A DNA stretch of 42,313 nucleotides from Acidimicrobiia bacterium (lineage in GTDB: Bacteria > Actinomycetota > Acidimicrobiia > Acidimicrobiales > SHLQ01). The stretch covers positions 1 to 42,313 of the forward strand of contig JAOUEE010000001.1 in the NCBI GenBank assembly GCA_029858875.1. The letters run 5' to 3'. The notes under the pieces were generated by a model. The model saw nothing but the letters and a program-made list of their open reading frames with translations, was not told the DNA's origin and made no database searches. The translations under genes were made by a program, and so were the position numbers. This document shows, piece by piece, positions 16,841 to 26,200 of the stretch (position 1 is its first letter; the number at the start of each line of letters is the position of its first letter).

Positions 16841-17883
16841 CCGTCGGTCCGACCTTCGGCGTGGACCAATGCGACCACCTGCTCGAGGATGCCGGGATCG
16901 ACCTCGGGGAAGACCCCGTGGCCCAGGTTGAAGATGTGGCCCGGATGGCCGGCGTTGCTGGCCAACACGGCCCGGGTGGCATCGGCGACCACGTCCCAAC
17001 CGGCCAGCAGCAACGCGGGGTCGAGGTTGCCCTGTAGGGCGATGCCCGTGGGGACCCGGCGGCGGGCCTCGGCCAGAGAGATCCGCCAGTCCACGCCGAT
17101 CACGTCCGCGCCAGCGGCGGCCATGTCGCCGAGGAACTCGCCGGTGCCGACGCCGAAGTGGATGCCGGGAACCCCCAGGTCGGCGATGCCGGCGAACACC
17201 TTCGTGCTGGCCGGCAACACGAATCGGCGATAGTCGGCCGCGCCGAGCTGCCCGGCCCACGAGTCGAACAGCTGGACTGCGCTGGCTCCGGCATTCACCT
17301 GGGAGCGCAGCGACGCGATGGCCAGATCGGCCAGGCGATCGGCCAGCGCGAACCACAGGTCGGGGTCGGCGTGCATCAGCGCCTTGGTGCGGGCGTAGTT
17401 CTTGGACGGGCGGCCCTCGATGGCGTAGCTGGCCACCGTGAACGGGGCACCGGCGAACCCGATGAGTGGAATGTCGAGCGCACCGACCAGATTGCGCACC
17501 GTTTCGAGCACGTAGGGCGTGTCGACATCGGGTTCGAGCGGTCGGATGCGTTGGAGATCGGCGGTCCCCGCGAAGGGCTGCTCGATCACCGGGCCGACAC
17601 CGGGTACGACATCGACACCGAACCCGATGGCGTGCAGCGGTACCACGATGTCGCTGAAGAGGATGGCCGCATCCACGCCGTAGCGGCGAACCGGTTGCAG
17701 CGTGATCTCGGTGGACAGCTCGGCGTCGGCAATGGCGTCGAGGATGCTCCCGGACCCCCGAATGGCGCGGTACTCCGGCAGCGACCGACCGGCCTGGCGC
17801 ATGAACCACACGGGAACCCGGTCGGCGGGCTGGGACCAACAGGCCTGCAGGAACGCTGTATCGGGTGGTGAGGCGCCGGTCAC
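16837..17883 (-). CDS. hemE: Uroporphyrinogen decarboxylase
   Basis: 348 aa. Signature [15 protein letters not shown] with URO-D-like sequence throughout. Confidence 0.92.
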   Translation of the reverse strand: MTGASPPDTAFLQACWSQPADRVPVWFMRQAGRSLPEYRAIRGSGSILDAIADAELSTEITLQPVRRYGVDAAILFSDIVVPLHAIGFGVDVVPGVGPVIEQPFAGTADLQRIRPLEPDVDTPYVLETVRNLVGALDIPLIGFAGAPFTVASYAIEGRPSKNYARTKALMHADPDLWFALADRLADLAIASLRSQVNAGASAVQLFDSWAGQLGAADYRRFVLPASTKVFAGIADLGVPGIHFGVGTGEFLGDMAAAGADVIGVDWRISLAEARRRVPTGIALQGNLDPALLLAGWDVVADATRAVLASNAGHPGHIFNLGHGVFPEVDPGILEQVVALVHAEGRTDG

Positions 17884-17921
17884 CGCCTCAAACTACCGAG
17901 CCGGCGGGTGCAGACCCGCCT

Positions 17922-19979
17922 TCAGCCGGTGACGAGATCGGCGCGGTTGGCGCGGCTCCGGGTCCGGATGCTGTGCAACGCCGGATGGAGGCCGCTGAGG
18001 ATGGTCTCCAACCGTTCGGCCGTCAGGCGCTCGCTCATTCGCAGTCGGCTGATGCGCAGGGGATGGGTGTCGTCAACGGCCACGGTCCGGTGGTCGAAGA
18101 GGAACCCCAGGTCGTATCCCAGTCGTTCGAGGATCTCTTCCACCCGGGGATCGAAGTTGCCGTTTGGGTAGGCGAACGCCCGTGGGGCGATGCCGAGGAG
18201 GTCGGTCAGGTGCTGATGAGCGGTGAAGATCTCGTGCGCAGCGGCCGTGGCGTCGCATCGGTCGAGGCATGGGTGGGTGGCGGTGTGGTTGCCGATCTCG
18301 ATGCCCTGCGCGGCCATGCCCCGGATCTCGGCCGGTTCCAGCTGGGGCGTGCGGAGCCGCACGGTGTTGGCGGCCCGGAGCTCGGCCACGCGGCGCACTC
18401 TCTCGTCGTCGGGAACCCGTTTGAGCTCGGCCACCATGTCGGCGTCGGCCAGGTACTCGACCTCGTCCCACCAGAACGGCTGGTTGGTGCCCAGCAACGA
18501 GGTCACCACGAACAGCACGGCGGGGATCTCCCGACGGGCCAGCTCGGGCACGGCTCGGTCCAGGACCGATCGTCGACCGTCGTCGAACGTGATCAGCGTG
18601 GCCCGGTCGGGTAGCGCGGCACCGGTCATCGCCTCGCGGAGATCGGTTGGGCTGATGAAGTTCCGGTCCTCGCCGATCTGGTCGAGCTGTTGGGCGAAGG
18701 CCTCCTGGTCGTGGATGCCGTGATAGGCCAGCACGGTGACGTGGTGGCGGGTGAGGGCCCGCGACGCGGCGGCCAGCGGGGTCTTCACGAGCACGGCGTC
18801 GATGCGGTCTCGATGCCGTGTCGCCCGGCGCGGGTCGGCGGTCTGCTCGTAGAGGTCGGCCATGCGGTCCATCACCCGTTGGAACTCGTAGTGCTCGTCG
18901 AACCGCCGACGGGCTCGTACCACCCGGCTGCGGGTCTCGGCGCCGTCGGACAGCACATCCTCGACGCTCTGGACCAGCCCGTCGACCTGATCGACGGGGA
19001 AGTAGCGGGCGGTGTCGGCCAGCACCTCACGCAGAACCGGGATGTCGCTGGCGATGATGGGCACGTCGAGCGCCATGGCCTCGAGAACGGCACCGCCGAG
19101 CCCCTCGTATCGGGAGGGGAACACGAACACGTCCGCGGCCGCAAGGGGTCGCGACACCTCGGTGTGGCCCAGTAGGCGCACCGTGTCATGGAGATCGAGG
19201 GCGTCGATGCGGTCGGTCAGCTCACGGGTGGCGTTGCCCTCCCGTCCGGCGATCAGCACCCGGAGTCCCGGGTGGGATCGGCGCAACCGGGCGGCGGCCT
19301 CGATGAGGGTGAGCTGCCCCTTCTGGTATTCCTGCCGAGCGACGTTGAGCAGGACCAGTTGGTCGTCGTCGAGGCCGAGCGCGGCTCGGGCCGCCGCTCG
19401 GCGGCTGGGGTTGGCCTCGCCCAGCCGAGCTCGTGACCGCCCCCTGGGTATGACCGTGATCTTGGTCTCGTCCAATCCCAGTGTGGCCACGGCCGCATCC
19501 CGCACGGTGTTGCTGATGGCGTGGAACCGCGTGCCGTAGTGCCGACCGGTGAACCCGTCGATCAGGCGAGCGGCGGTGAGTCGCAGACGATCCACATTGG
19601 GGTCGTCGAGCCGACGGCGATCGTAGGAGGTGTTGACCAGGCTGGTGAGCAGGGGGACACCGGTACCCCGCGTGGCCAGTCGTCCGACCACGTCGCTGTC
19701 GAAGAGCATCGTGTGCACCACATCGGGTTGCTGGGCCTTGACCAGTCGGTGCAGGGCCGTGGTGCGGCCCGACCAGCTGGCTTCGGGGATGAGGATCACC
19801 GGGGTGGCTGTGGCCAGCACCTGGTCGTGTACACCCTCCGGTCGATGGTGGAAGCAGGCGACGCTGATGTCCACGCCCCGACGGCGGAGGGGAACGATGG
19901 ACTCGGCCAGCGAGCGCTCCGCGCCCCCGGTACCCAGCCCGTTGACGACGGCGAGAACGCGGGTTCGGTCGTTGCTCAT
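17922..19979 (-). CDS. Bifunctional GT4 glycosyltransferase / CE4 (NodB) polysaccharide deacetylase fusion
   Basis: 685 aa. The N-terminal half is GT4 (VLAVVNGLGTGGAERS; EX7E YEGLGGAVLEAM). The C-terminal half has CE4 motifs TFDDG, NHTATH and RAFAYPNG. Confidence 0.85.
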   Translation of the reverse strand: MSNDRTRVLAVVNGLGTGGAERSLAESIVPLRRRGVDISVACFHHRPEGVHDQVLATATPVILIPEASWSGRTTALHRLVKAQQPDVVHTMLFDSDVVGRLATRGTGVPLLTSLVNTSYDRRRLDDPNVDRLRLTAARLIDGFTGRHYGTRFHAISNTVRDAAVATLGLDETKITVIPRGRSRARLGEANPSRRAAARAALGLDDDQLVLLNVARQEYQKGQLTLIEAAARLRRSHPGLRVLIAGREGNATRELTDRIDALDLHDTVRLLGHTEVSRPLAAADVFVFPSRYEGLGGAVLEAMALDVPIIASDIPVLREVLADTARYFPVDQVDGLVQSVEDVLSDGAETRSRVVRARRRFDEHYEFQRVMDRMADLYEQTADPRRATRHRDRIDAVLVKTPLAAASRALTRHHVTVLAYHGIHDQEAFAQQLDQIGEDRNFISPTDLREAMTGAALPDRATLITFDDGRRSVLDRAVPELARREIPAVLFVVTSLLGTNQPFWWDEVEYLADADMVAELKRVPDDERVRRVAELRAANTVRLRTPQLEPAEIRGMAAQGIEIGNHTATHPCLDRCDATAAAHEIFTAHQHLTDLLGIAPRAFAYPNGNFDPRVEEILERLGYDLGFLFDHRTVAVDDTHPLRISRLRMSERLTAERLETILSGLHPALHSIRTRSRANRADLVTG

Positions 19980-19982
19980 GGT

Positions 19983-20843
19983 TCAGTACCCCAGTGCTCG
20001 GGCCGTGGTGCTGCGACTGGCGATCGCCGCCCGGTCGGCCTGGTCGACGGATTGGTTCGGTGACTCGATGACCGCCTGGCTTCTCGTGAGATCGCGACCG
20101 AGGAAGTCGGAGACCCGGTCCAGGACCTGCGGCGTGTCGTTCTGCCAGTCCTCGTAGTGCACCAGGTGCACGTTGGCTCGATGGCGGTGCTCCAGCACGG
20201 TGTGGTTGACGCGGTCGTAGAGCGCCAGGCGTCGCTCGTCGAGCGCGGCGATCTGCCCGAGCTCGCGGTTGAGGTCCCGGTTGAAGGCCACGTCGTACTC
20301 CAGCCCGTCGGCCAGGCGGCCGGGTTGGGTTACGAACGAGGCCAGCACCTCAGCGGGGTGACGCACGCAGACGAGGAACCGGGTGGTGTGGAGGTGGGGC
20401 AGGTACTGCCAGAAGGTCGGCCACTTCACGGCCACGAGGGTGTCTGCGGTGGTCTCGACGGTGTAGGACCGATCGCCGTCGGGCTGCCAGGTCACCGAGC
20501 CGTCGATCCGCAGCGCATCCAGGTCCAGCCGGCCCCGGACCAACTGTCCACCGTCGAGTTCGGTGCGCAGCGACGAGAAGAGCCGCTCGGGTGCCAGCTT
20601 CAGCCCGTCCCACGGCTCCATCACGCTGATCATCGTGGGCGGCTGGTGGAGGGCGGCGGCGAGGAGCGCGGTGCCCGAGCGGGGGCAGCCACAGATGATG
20701 AGGTCGTTCGGCCCCGGCTCGGCGAGGGGGAGAGCCAGGGTCGTCGGGTCGAGCGCGCAGGAAGCCAACAGGCGTTGGTAGCGGCGCCGGCCAGGGGAGA
20801 CGGCGCGGGCCGCGTCGCGTAGGGCGGTGCCGACGGAAGCCAT
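19983..20843 (-). CDS. Sulfotransferase family protein
   Basis: 5'-PSB-like GCPRSGTALL and 3'-PB-like RHPAEVLAS (R-x7-S). The stop is 3 nt upstream of the GT4-CE4 start. Start chosen at M112 of the 397-aa ORF because the upstream part is Arg/Ser/Pro-rich; start uncertain. Confidence 0.7.
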   Translation of the reverse strand: MASVGTALRDAARAVSPGRRRYQRLLASCALDPTTLALPLAEPGPNDLIICGCPRSGTALLAAALHQPPTMISVMEPWDGLKLAPERLFSSLRTELDGGQLVRGRLDLDALRIDGSVTWQPDGDRSYTVETTADTLVAVKWPTFWQYLPHLHTTRFLVCVRHPAEVLASFVTQPGRLADGLEYDVAFNRDLNRELGQIAALDERRLALYDRVNHTVLEHRHRANVHLVHYEDWQNDTPQVLDRVSDFLGRDLTRSQAVIESPNQSVDQADRAAIASRSTTARALGY

Positions 20844-21141
20844 GGCTATCCATCGAGCACGGGGCGCCGGAACTGAGCTTCGACGAACCATTGGGTGAGC
20901 GCCGACGGCTGCGGTCCGACCATCCGTGCTGGAGCACCGAGTCCCCATCGACGACCGCGGGCCGGCGTCCCCCGCAGGTTCGGAACGCTCGCCGATAGGC
21001 TGAGCGGTCCCCCGAAATGGACCGCTGCGGCGGTTGTGACTCCTGGAGGGTGTCGACATAGACGCCGAGCTCGAGGCCGAACAGGCCACCGTCGACGATG
21101 CGTACCACTGGCTGGAGGTCGCCCGCGAGTCGGCTCGCCGG

Positions 21142-23130
21142 GTGTCCTCGATGGTCGAGGTCGGTGCCGGAGGCACGAGTCAGGCCCGCTTCGAGCGCGA
21201 CGTGATCTCCGACACGCTCGCCATTCGCCTCCGACAGCTCGAGACCGGATCGGCGGCCCTGGTGTTCGGGCGCATCGACCACGACGACGACAACGGCGGC
21301 GATTCCTTCTACATCGGTCGACTCGGTGTCTGGGACGCCGACCAGGATCCGGTGGTGGTGGATTGGCGAGCGCCGATCAGCGAGTCGTTCTACCGCGCCA
21401 CCGCCAGCGACCCGATGGGCCTCGAACGACGGCGACACTTCGCCACACGCGGGCGCGAGTTGCTGGGCATCGACGACGAGCTTTTCGGAGACCTTTCCCG
21501 CTTCGATGGCGAGGCGGCCGACGGGTCCCGCCTGAAGGGTGAGGGGGCGCTGATCCGGGCGCTGGAGACGGCCCGCACCGGCCGATTGGGCGACATCGTC
21601 GCCACCATCCAGGGCGAGCAGGACGAGGTGATCCGCGCGGCCCTGCCGGGCGTGGTCGTGGTGCAGGGGGGACCCGGTACCGGCAAGACCGTGGTCGCGC
21701 TGCACCGGGCCGCCTACCTGCTGTACTCGCACCGATTCCCGCTCGCGGGTCAGGGGGTGCTGGTGGTGGGGCCCAACCGCCTGTTCCTGGCCTACATCGA
21801 ACAGGTACTGCCGTCGCTGGGCGAGGCAGGTGTCCAGATGGCCACGTTGGGCGACCTGGTCGTGCCCGACGCCATCGTCGAGGGCGTCGACCCGCAGCCC
21901 ATCGCCCACTTGAAGGGCGATCTGGTGATGGTGGACGTCCTCCGGCGGGCGCTGCGCCAACGCCAGCGGCCGCTGCGAGAAGACATCGTGCTGGGCTACG
22001 GCCTCCAGCGGCTGCGCCTCACGGTCGAGCAATCGGCCGACATCGTCACCCAGGCCCGGCGGCGGTTCCGCACCCACAACGCGGCCCGGGCCTTCGTGAA
22101 ATCCGAGGTCTTCGCGGCCCTGGCCACATCGGCTCGCGACGAGGTCTCGGCGGAGACGGTCCGGGAACGGAGCCGGCATCTGCCCGAGGTGCGCGAAGCG
22201 CTGGAGTGGATGTGGCCGGTTCTGACGCCGGCCCAGCTGCTGCACGACTTCCTGGGCGCTCGTGCGTTGCTGCGGGCCGCCGGCGGCACCGACGTGGCGC
22301 CCGAGCGCATGGAGACGCTCCATCGTCCCTGGTCCTCGGCCGAGGATGTGCGCTGGTCGACGGCCGACGCTCCGTTGTTGGACGAGTGCCGGGCGCTGCT
22401 CGGCTTCCGCCCGGGCCGGCGCGACGAAGACGAGGTGCGCACCTATGGGCACATCGTGGTCGACGAGGCCCAGGACCTGTCGCCCATGGAGCTGCGCATG
22501 CTCGACCGTCGGTCGTTGAACGGGTCCATGACCATCGTCGGCGACATCGCCCAGGCGACCGGTGCCTGGGCTCACGACGACTGGGAGGGGGTGCTCGAGC
22601 ACATCGACCAGAAGCGCCCTTCCCGCCGGGTGGAGCTCACCATCGGCTATCGGATCCCGGCGCCGCTCATGGACGTGGCAGCCAGGGCGCTTCGGGTGGC
22701 TGCCCCCGATCTGGCTCCGGCCCGATCGATTCGTGAGGATGGTGATCCGCCTCGGCTGCTGGAGGTTCCGGCCGAGTCCGATCTGGGCGAGGCCGTGGTG
22801 TCGGCCACGCGGTACGAGCTCGACCGCATCGAGCACGGCAACGTGGCCATCATCGTGCCTGCCTCTCTGGTGGTCACGGTGTCGGATGCCCTCGACAGGG
22901 CCGGCGTGAAGTACGGACGGGCCACCCGATCCGGTCTCGACCAGAAGGTGACCGTGGTGCCCGTTGGCCTGGTGAAGGGGCTCGAGGTGGACGCCGCCAT
23001 GGTGGTCGAGCCGGATCGCATCGTTGGCGAGGAGCCGCAGGGGGACCGCTCCCTGTACGTCGCCCTCACCCGCGCCACGCGGCGGCTCACCATCATCCAC
23101 CAGCAGCCGTTGCCCCCCGCCCTGTCCTGA
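21142..23130 (+). CDS. helD: HelD-type UvrD/Rep superfamily 1 helicase (RNA polymerase-associated)
   Basis: Walker A GGPGTGKT, VVDEAQDLS, C-terminal YVALTRATRRL. FYIGRLGV...VVDWRAPISESFY is the HelD-specific N-terminal region. HelD-like sequence continues upstream of the first canonical start to an in-frame TGA at 21037..21039. Confidence 0.85.
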   Translation: MSSMVEVGAGGTSQARFERDVISDTLAIRLRQLETGSAALVFGRIDHDDDNGGDSFYIGRLGVWDADQDPVVVDWRAPISESFYRATASDPMGLERRRHFATRGRELLGIDDELFGDLSRFDGEAADGSRLKGEGALIRALETARTGRLGDIVATIQGEQDEVIRAALPGVVVVQGGPGTGKTVVALHRAAYLLYSHRFPLAGQGVLVVGPNRLFLAYIEQVLPSLGEAGVQMATLGDLVVPDAIVEGVDPQPIAHLKGDLVMVDVLRRALRQRQRPLREDIVLGYGLQRLRLTVEQSADIVTQARRRFRTHNAARAFVKSEVFAALATSARDEVSAETVRERSRHLPEVREALEWMWPVLTPAQLLHDFLGARALLRAAGGTDVAPERMETLHRPWSSAEDVRWSTADAPLLDECRALLGFRPGRRDEDEVRTYGHIVVDEAQDLSPMELRMLDRRSLNGSMTIVGDIAQATGAWAHDDWEGVLEHIDQKRPSRRVELTIGYRIPAPLMDVAARALRVAAPDLAPARSIREDGDPPRLLEVPAESDLGEAVVSATRYELDRIEHGNVAIIVPASLVVTVSDALDRAGVKYGRATRSGLDQKVTVVPVGLVKGLEVDAAMVVEPDRIVGEEPQGDRSLYVALTRATRRLTIIHQQPLPPALS

Positions 23131-23269
23131 CCGCGCCGGTCCTGCCCCGACATCCCGAACGGCTCGACGGCCCCTGCCGGTCGTGCCGCGCGACCGGCCG
23201 CGCGGGATCGGCCCTCCACTTCGGGCCATCGGGGTGGGGTGGGCGCAGGTCAGGGCCTAGGTTGCCCGG

Positions 23270-26200
23270 GTGCCTCTGTCTCGGTTCTCGGCGCCGGTGC
23301 GGACCTGGTTCGACACCACGTTTGCGGCCCCGACCGGCGCGCAAGCGCTCGGCTGGCCGGCCATCGCCGACGGTGCCCACACACTGATCCTGGCCCCCAC
23401 CGGTTCGGGCAAGACCCTGGCCGCCTTCCTGTGGGGGATCGATCAGCTGATGACGGCGCCGGTGCCCGACCGTGAGCACCGCACCCGTCTGCTCTACATC
23501 TCCCCTCTTCGGGCGTTGGCGGTTGACGTGGAGAAGAACCTGCGGTCCCCGCTCCAGGGCATCGGGCTGGCCGCCGGTCGAGCCGGGCAGTCGCTCCATT
23601 CACCCACGGTCGGGATGCGCACGGGCGACACGTCGGCCGATGATCGGCGCAAGCTCGTCCGTAACCCACCCGATCTGCTGATCACCACCCCCGAGTCGCT
23701 GTACCTGATGCTCACCAGTCAGGCTCGGGAGACCCTCACCAACGTGCAGGCGGTGATCATCGACGAGATCCACGCGCTGGCCGGCACCAAGCGTGGCGCC
23801 CACCTGTCGCTCAGCCTCGAGCGACTGGAGCAGCGCTGCACGTCGTCGCCCCAGCGCATCGGGTTGTCGGCCACCCAGCGTCCCCTCGACGAGATCGGCC
23901 GATTCCTCGGTGGTCAGGACGTGGCCGAGGACGGCTCCCTCAGCGCCCGGCCGGTCACGGTGGTCGATGCCGGCATCAGCAAGGAGCTCGACATCGAAGT
24001 GGTGGTCCCCGTCGAGGACATGGGTGATCTGGGCAAGGTCGTCGAACCGGATCCCGGTGGGTCGGCGGCCGGACCGGCCCGTCGCAGCATCTGGCCGTCG
24101 ATGCACCCCATGCTGCTCGAGCTGATCCAGTCGCACCGCTCGACGCTGGTGTTCGTGAACGCCCGCCGCCTGGCCGAACGACTGGCCACCAGGCTCAACG
24201 AGCTGGCCATGGGGAACGGCGACGCCGGGGCGCCGGTCCTCATCGGTGACCAACCCGATACCCGGGGCGTCACCCCCGCCGTCGATGACGAGACGGTGCT
24301 GGTGCGGGCCCACCACGGTTCGCTCAGCCGGGAGAAGCGGCTCGACATCGAGGATCAGCTCAAGAGCGGTCGGCTGCGCGCGTTGGTGGCGACCAGCTCG
24401 CTGGAGCTCGGGATCGACATGGGGGCGGTCGACCTGGTGATCCAGGTCGAGTCGCCGGGCGCCGTCTCGCGCGGACTCCAGCGCATCGGGCGGGCCGGCC
24501 ACCAGGTGGGCGAACCCAGTCGGGGCAAGTTGTTCCCCAAGCACCGGGCCGACCTGCTGGAGGCGGCGGTGGTGGTGCAGCGGATGCAGGAAGGCCTCAT
24601 CGAGGAGACCCACTATCCCCGCAACCCCCTCGACGTGCTCGCCCAGCACATCGTGGCCATGTGCGCCCTCGACGACTGGACCGTGGAGGATCTGAAGGTG
24701 GTCGTACGGGGGTCGGCCAACTTCGCCGATCTGTCCGACGAGGTGCTGGAGAACGTGCTCGATCTGCTCTCGGGCCGCTATCCGAGCGAGGAGTTCCGCG
24801 AGTTGCGCCCGCGCATCGTCTGGGACCGGATCGAGGGGGTGCTGCGGGGCCGCAAGGGAGCCCAGCGACTGGCCGTCACCAACGCCGGCACCATTCCCGA
24901 CCGGGGCCTGTTCGGCGTCTTCCTCCCCGACGGCACCCGCGTGGGCGAGCTCGATGAGGAGATGGTGTACGAGAGCCGGCCGGGCGAGACCTTCCTGTTG
25001 GGCGCTTCCACCTGGCGGATCGAGGACATCACCTTCGAGCGGGTCGTCGTGAGCCCGGCGCCCGGTCAGCCGGGGAAGATGCCGTTCTGGCACGGCGACC
25101 GGCCCGGCCGTCCACTCGAGCTGGGTCGGGCCATCGGTCGGTTCGTGCGCGACATCCGCGCCGAGCCGCAACCCCTGGAGCAACTCCGGGAACGAAACGG
25201 GCTCGATGAGCGGGCCGCCGCCAACCTCGTGCAGTATCTGGACGAGCAGGCCGAGAGCACGGGCGTGGTGCCCGACGACCGCACTGTGGTGGTCGAGCGC
25301 TTCCGCGATGAGATCGGCGACTGGCGGGTGTGCGTGCTGACGCCGTTCGGCGCGCAGGTCCACGCGCCGTGGGCCATGGCGTTGCAGTCCCGGCTGGGCC
25401 AGCAGTGGGGTGTCGACACCGAGATCATCTGGAGCGACGACGGGATCGTCGTGCGCCTTCCCGAAGCCATCGACGAGCTGCCCCTCGACGAGCTCCTGTT
25501 CACCGCCGACGAGGTGGATGACATCGTGATGGGCCAGTTGCCCAACACGGCGATGTTCGCGTCGCGCTTCCGGGAGTGTGCGGCCCGGGCCCTGCTGTTG
25601 CCCCGTCGGCGCCCGGATCAGCGGACCCCGCTCTGGCAGCAGCGCCAGCGGGCCAGCGATCTCTTGACCGTGGCCGCTCGGTACCCGACCTTCCCGATCC
25701 TGCTCGAGGCCACGCGCGAGTGCATCAACGACGTGTTCGACCTGCCCGCACTGAAGGAGGTCCTCGGCGATCTGGCCACCCGGAAGATCCGAATGGTCGC
25801 GGTCGACACCAATCGGGCCTCACCCTTCGCCCAGTCGTTGTTGTTCGGATGGATCGCGGTGTACATGTACGAGGGCGACGCCCCGCTGGCCGAGCGCCGG
25901 GCTGCCGCTCTGGCGCTCGATCGTGAGCTGCTGCGAGACCTGTTGGGGGCCGAGGAGCTCCGGGAGCTGCTCGACCCCGGGGTGTTGGCCGACCTCGAGC
26001 TGGAGCTCCAGCGGCTGAGCGACGACCGGCGGGCCCGCGACATCGACGAACTGCACGATGTCCTCCGGCTGCTGGGCCCCCTCGACCGCCATGAGCTGGA
26101 TGCACGATGTGTCGAGGACCTCGATGTGGACGCCGCACTGGCGCAGCTGGAACGAGACCGACGGATCATGTCGGTAGGGGTGGCTGACCGGGCCCAGCTG

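Noticed and set aside
20350-23229. A 959-aa minus-strand ORF, and the 587-aa ORF at 23600..25363
   Set aside because: They are antisense to helD and lhr respectively, both of which have complete helicase motif sets. The composition is Arg/Gly/Pro/His-rich with no motifs.
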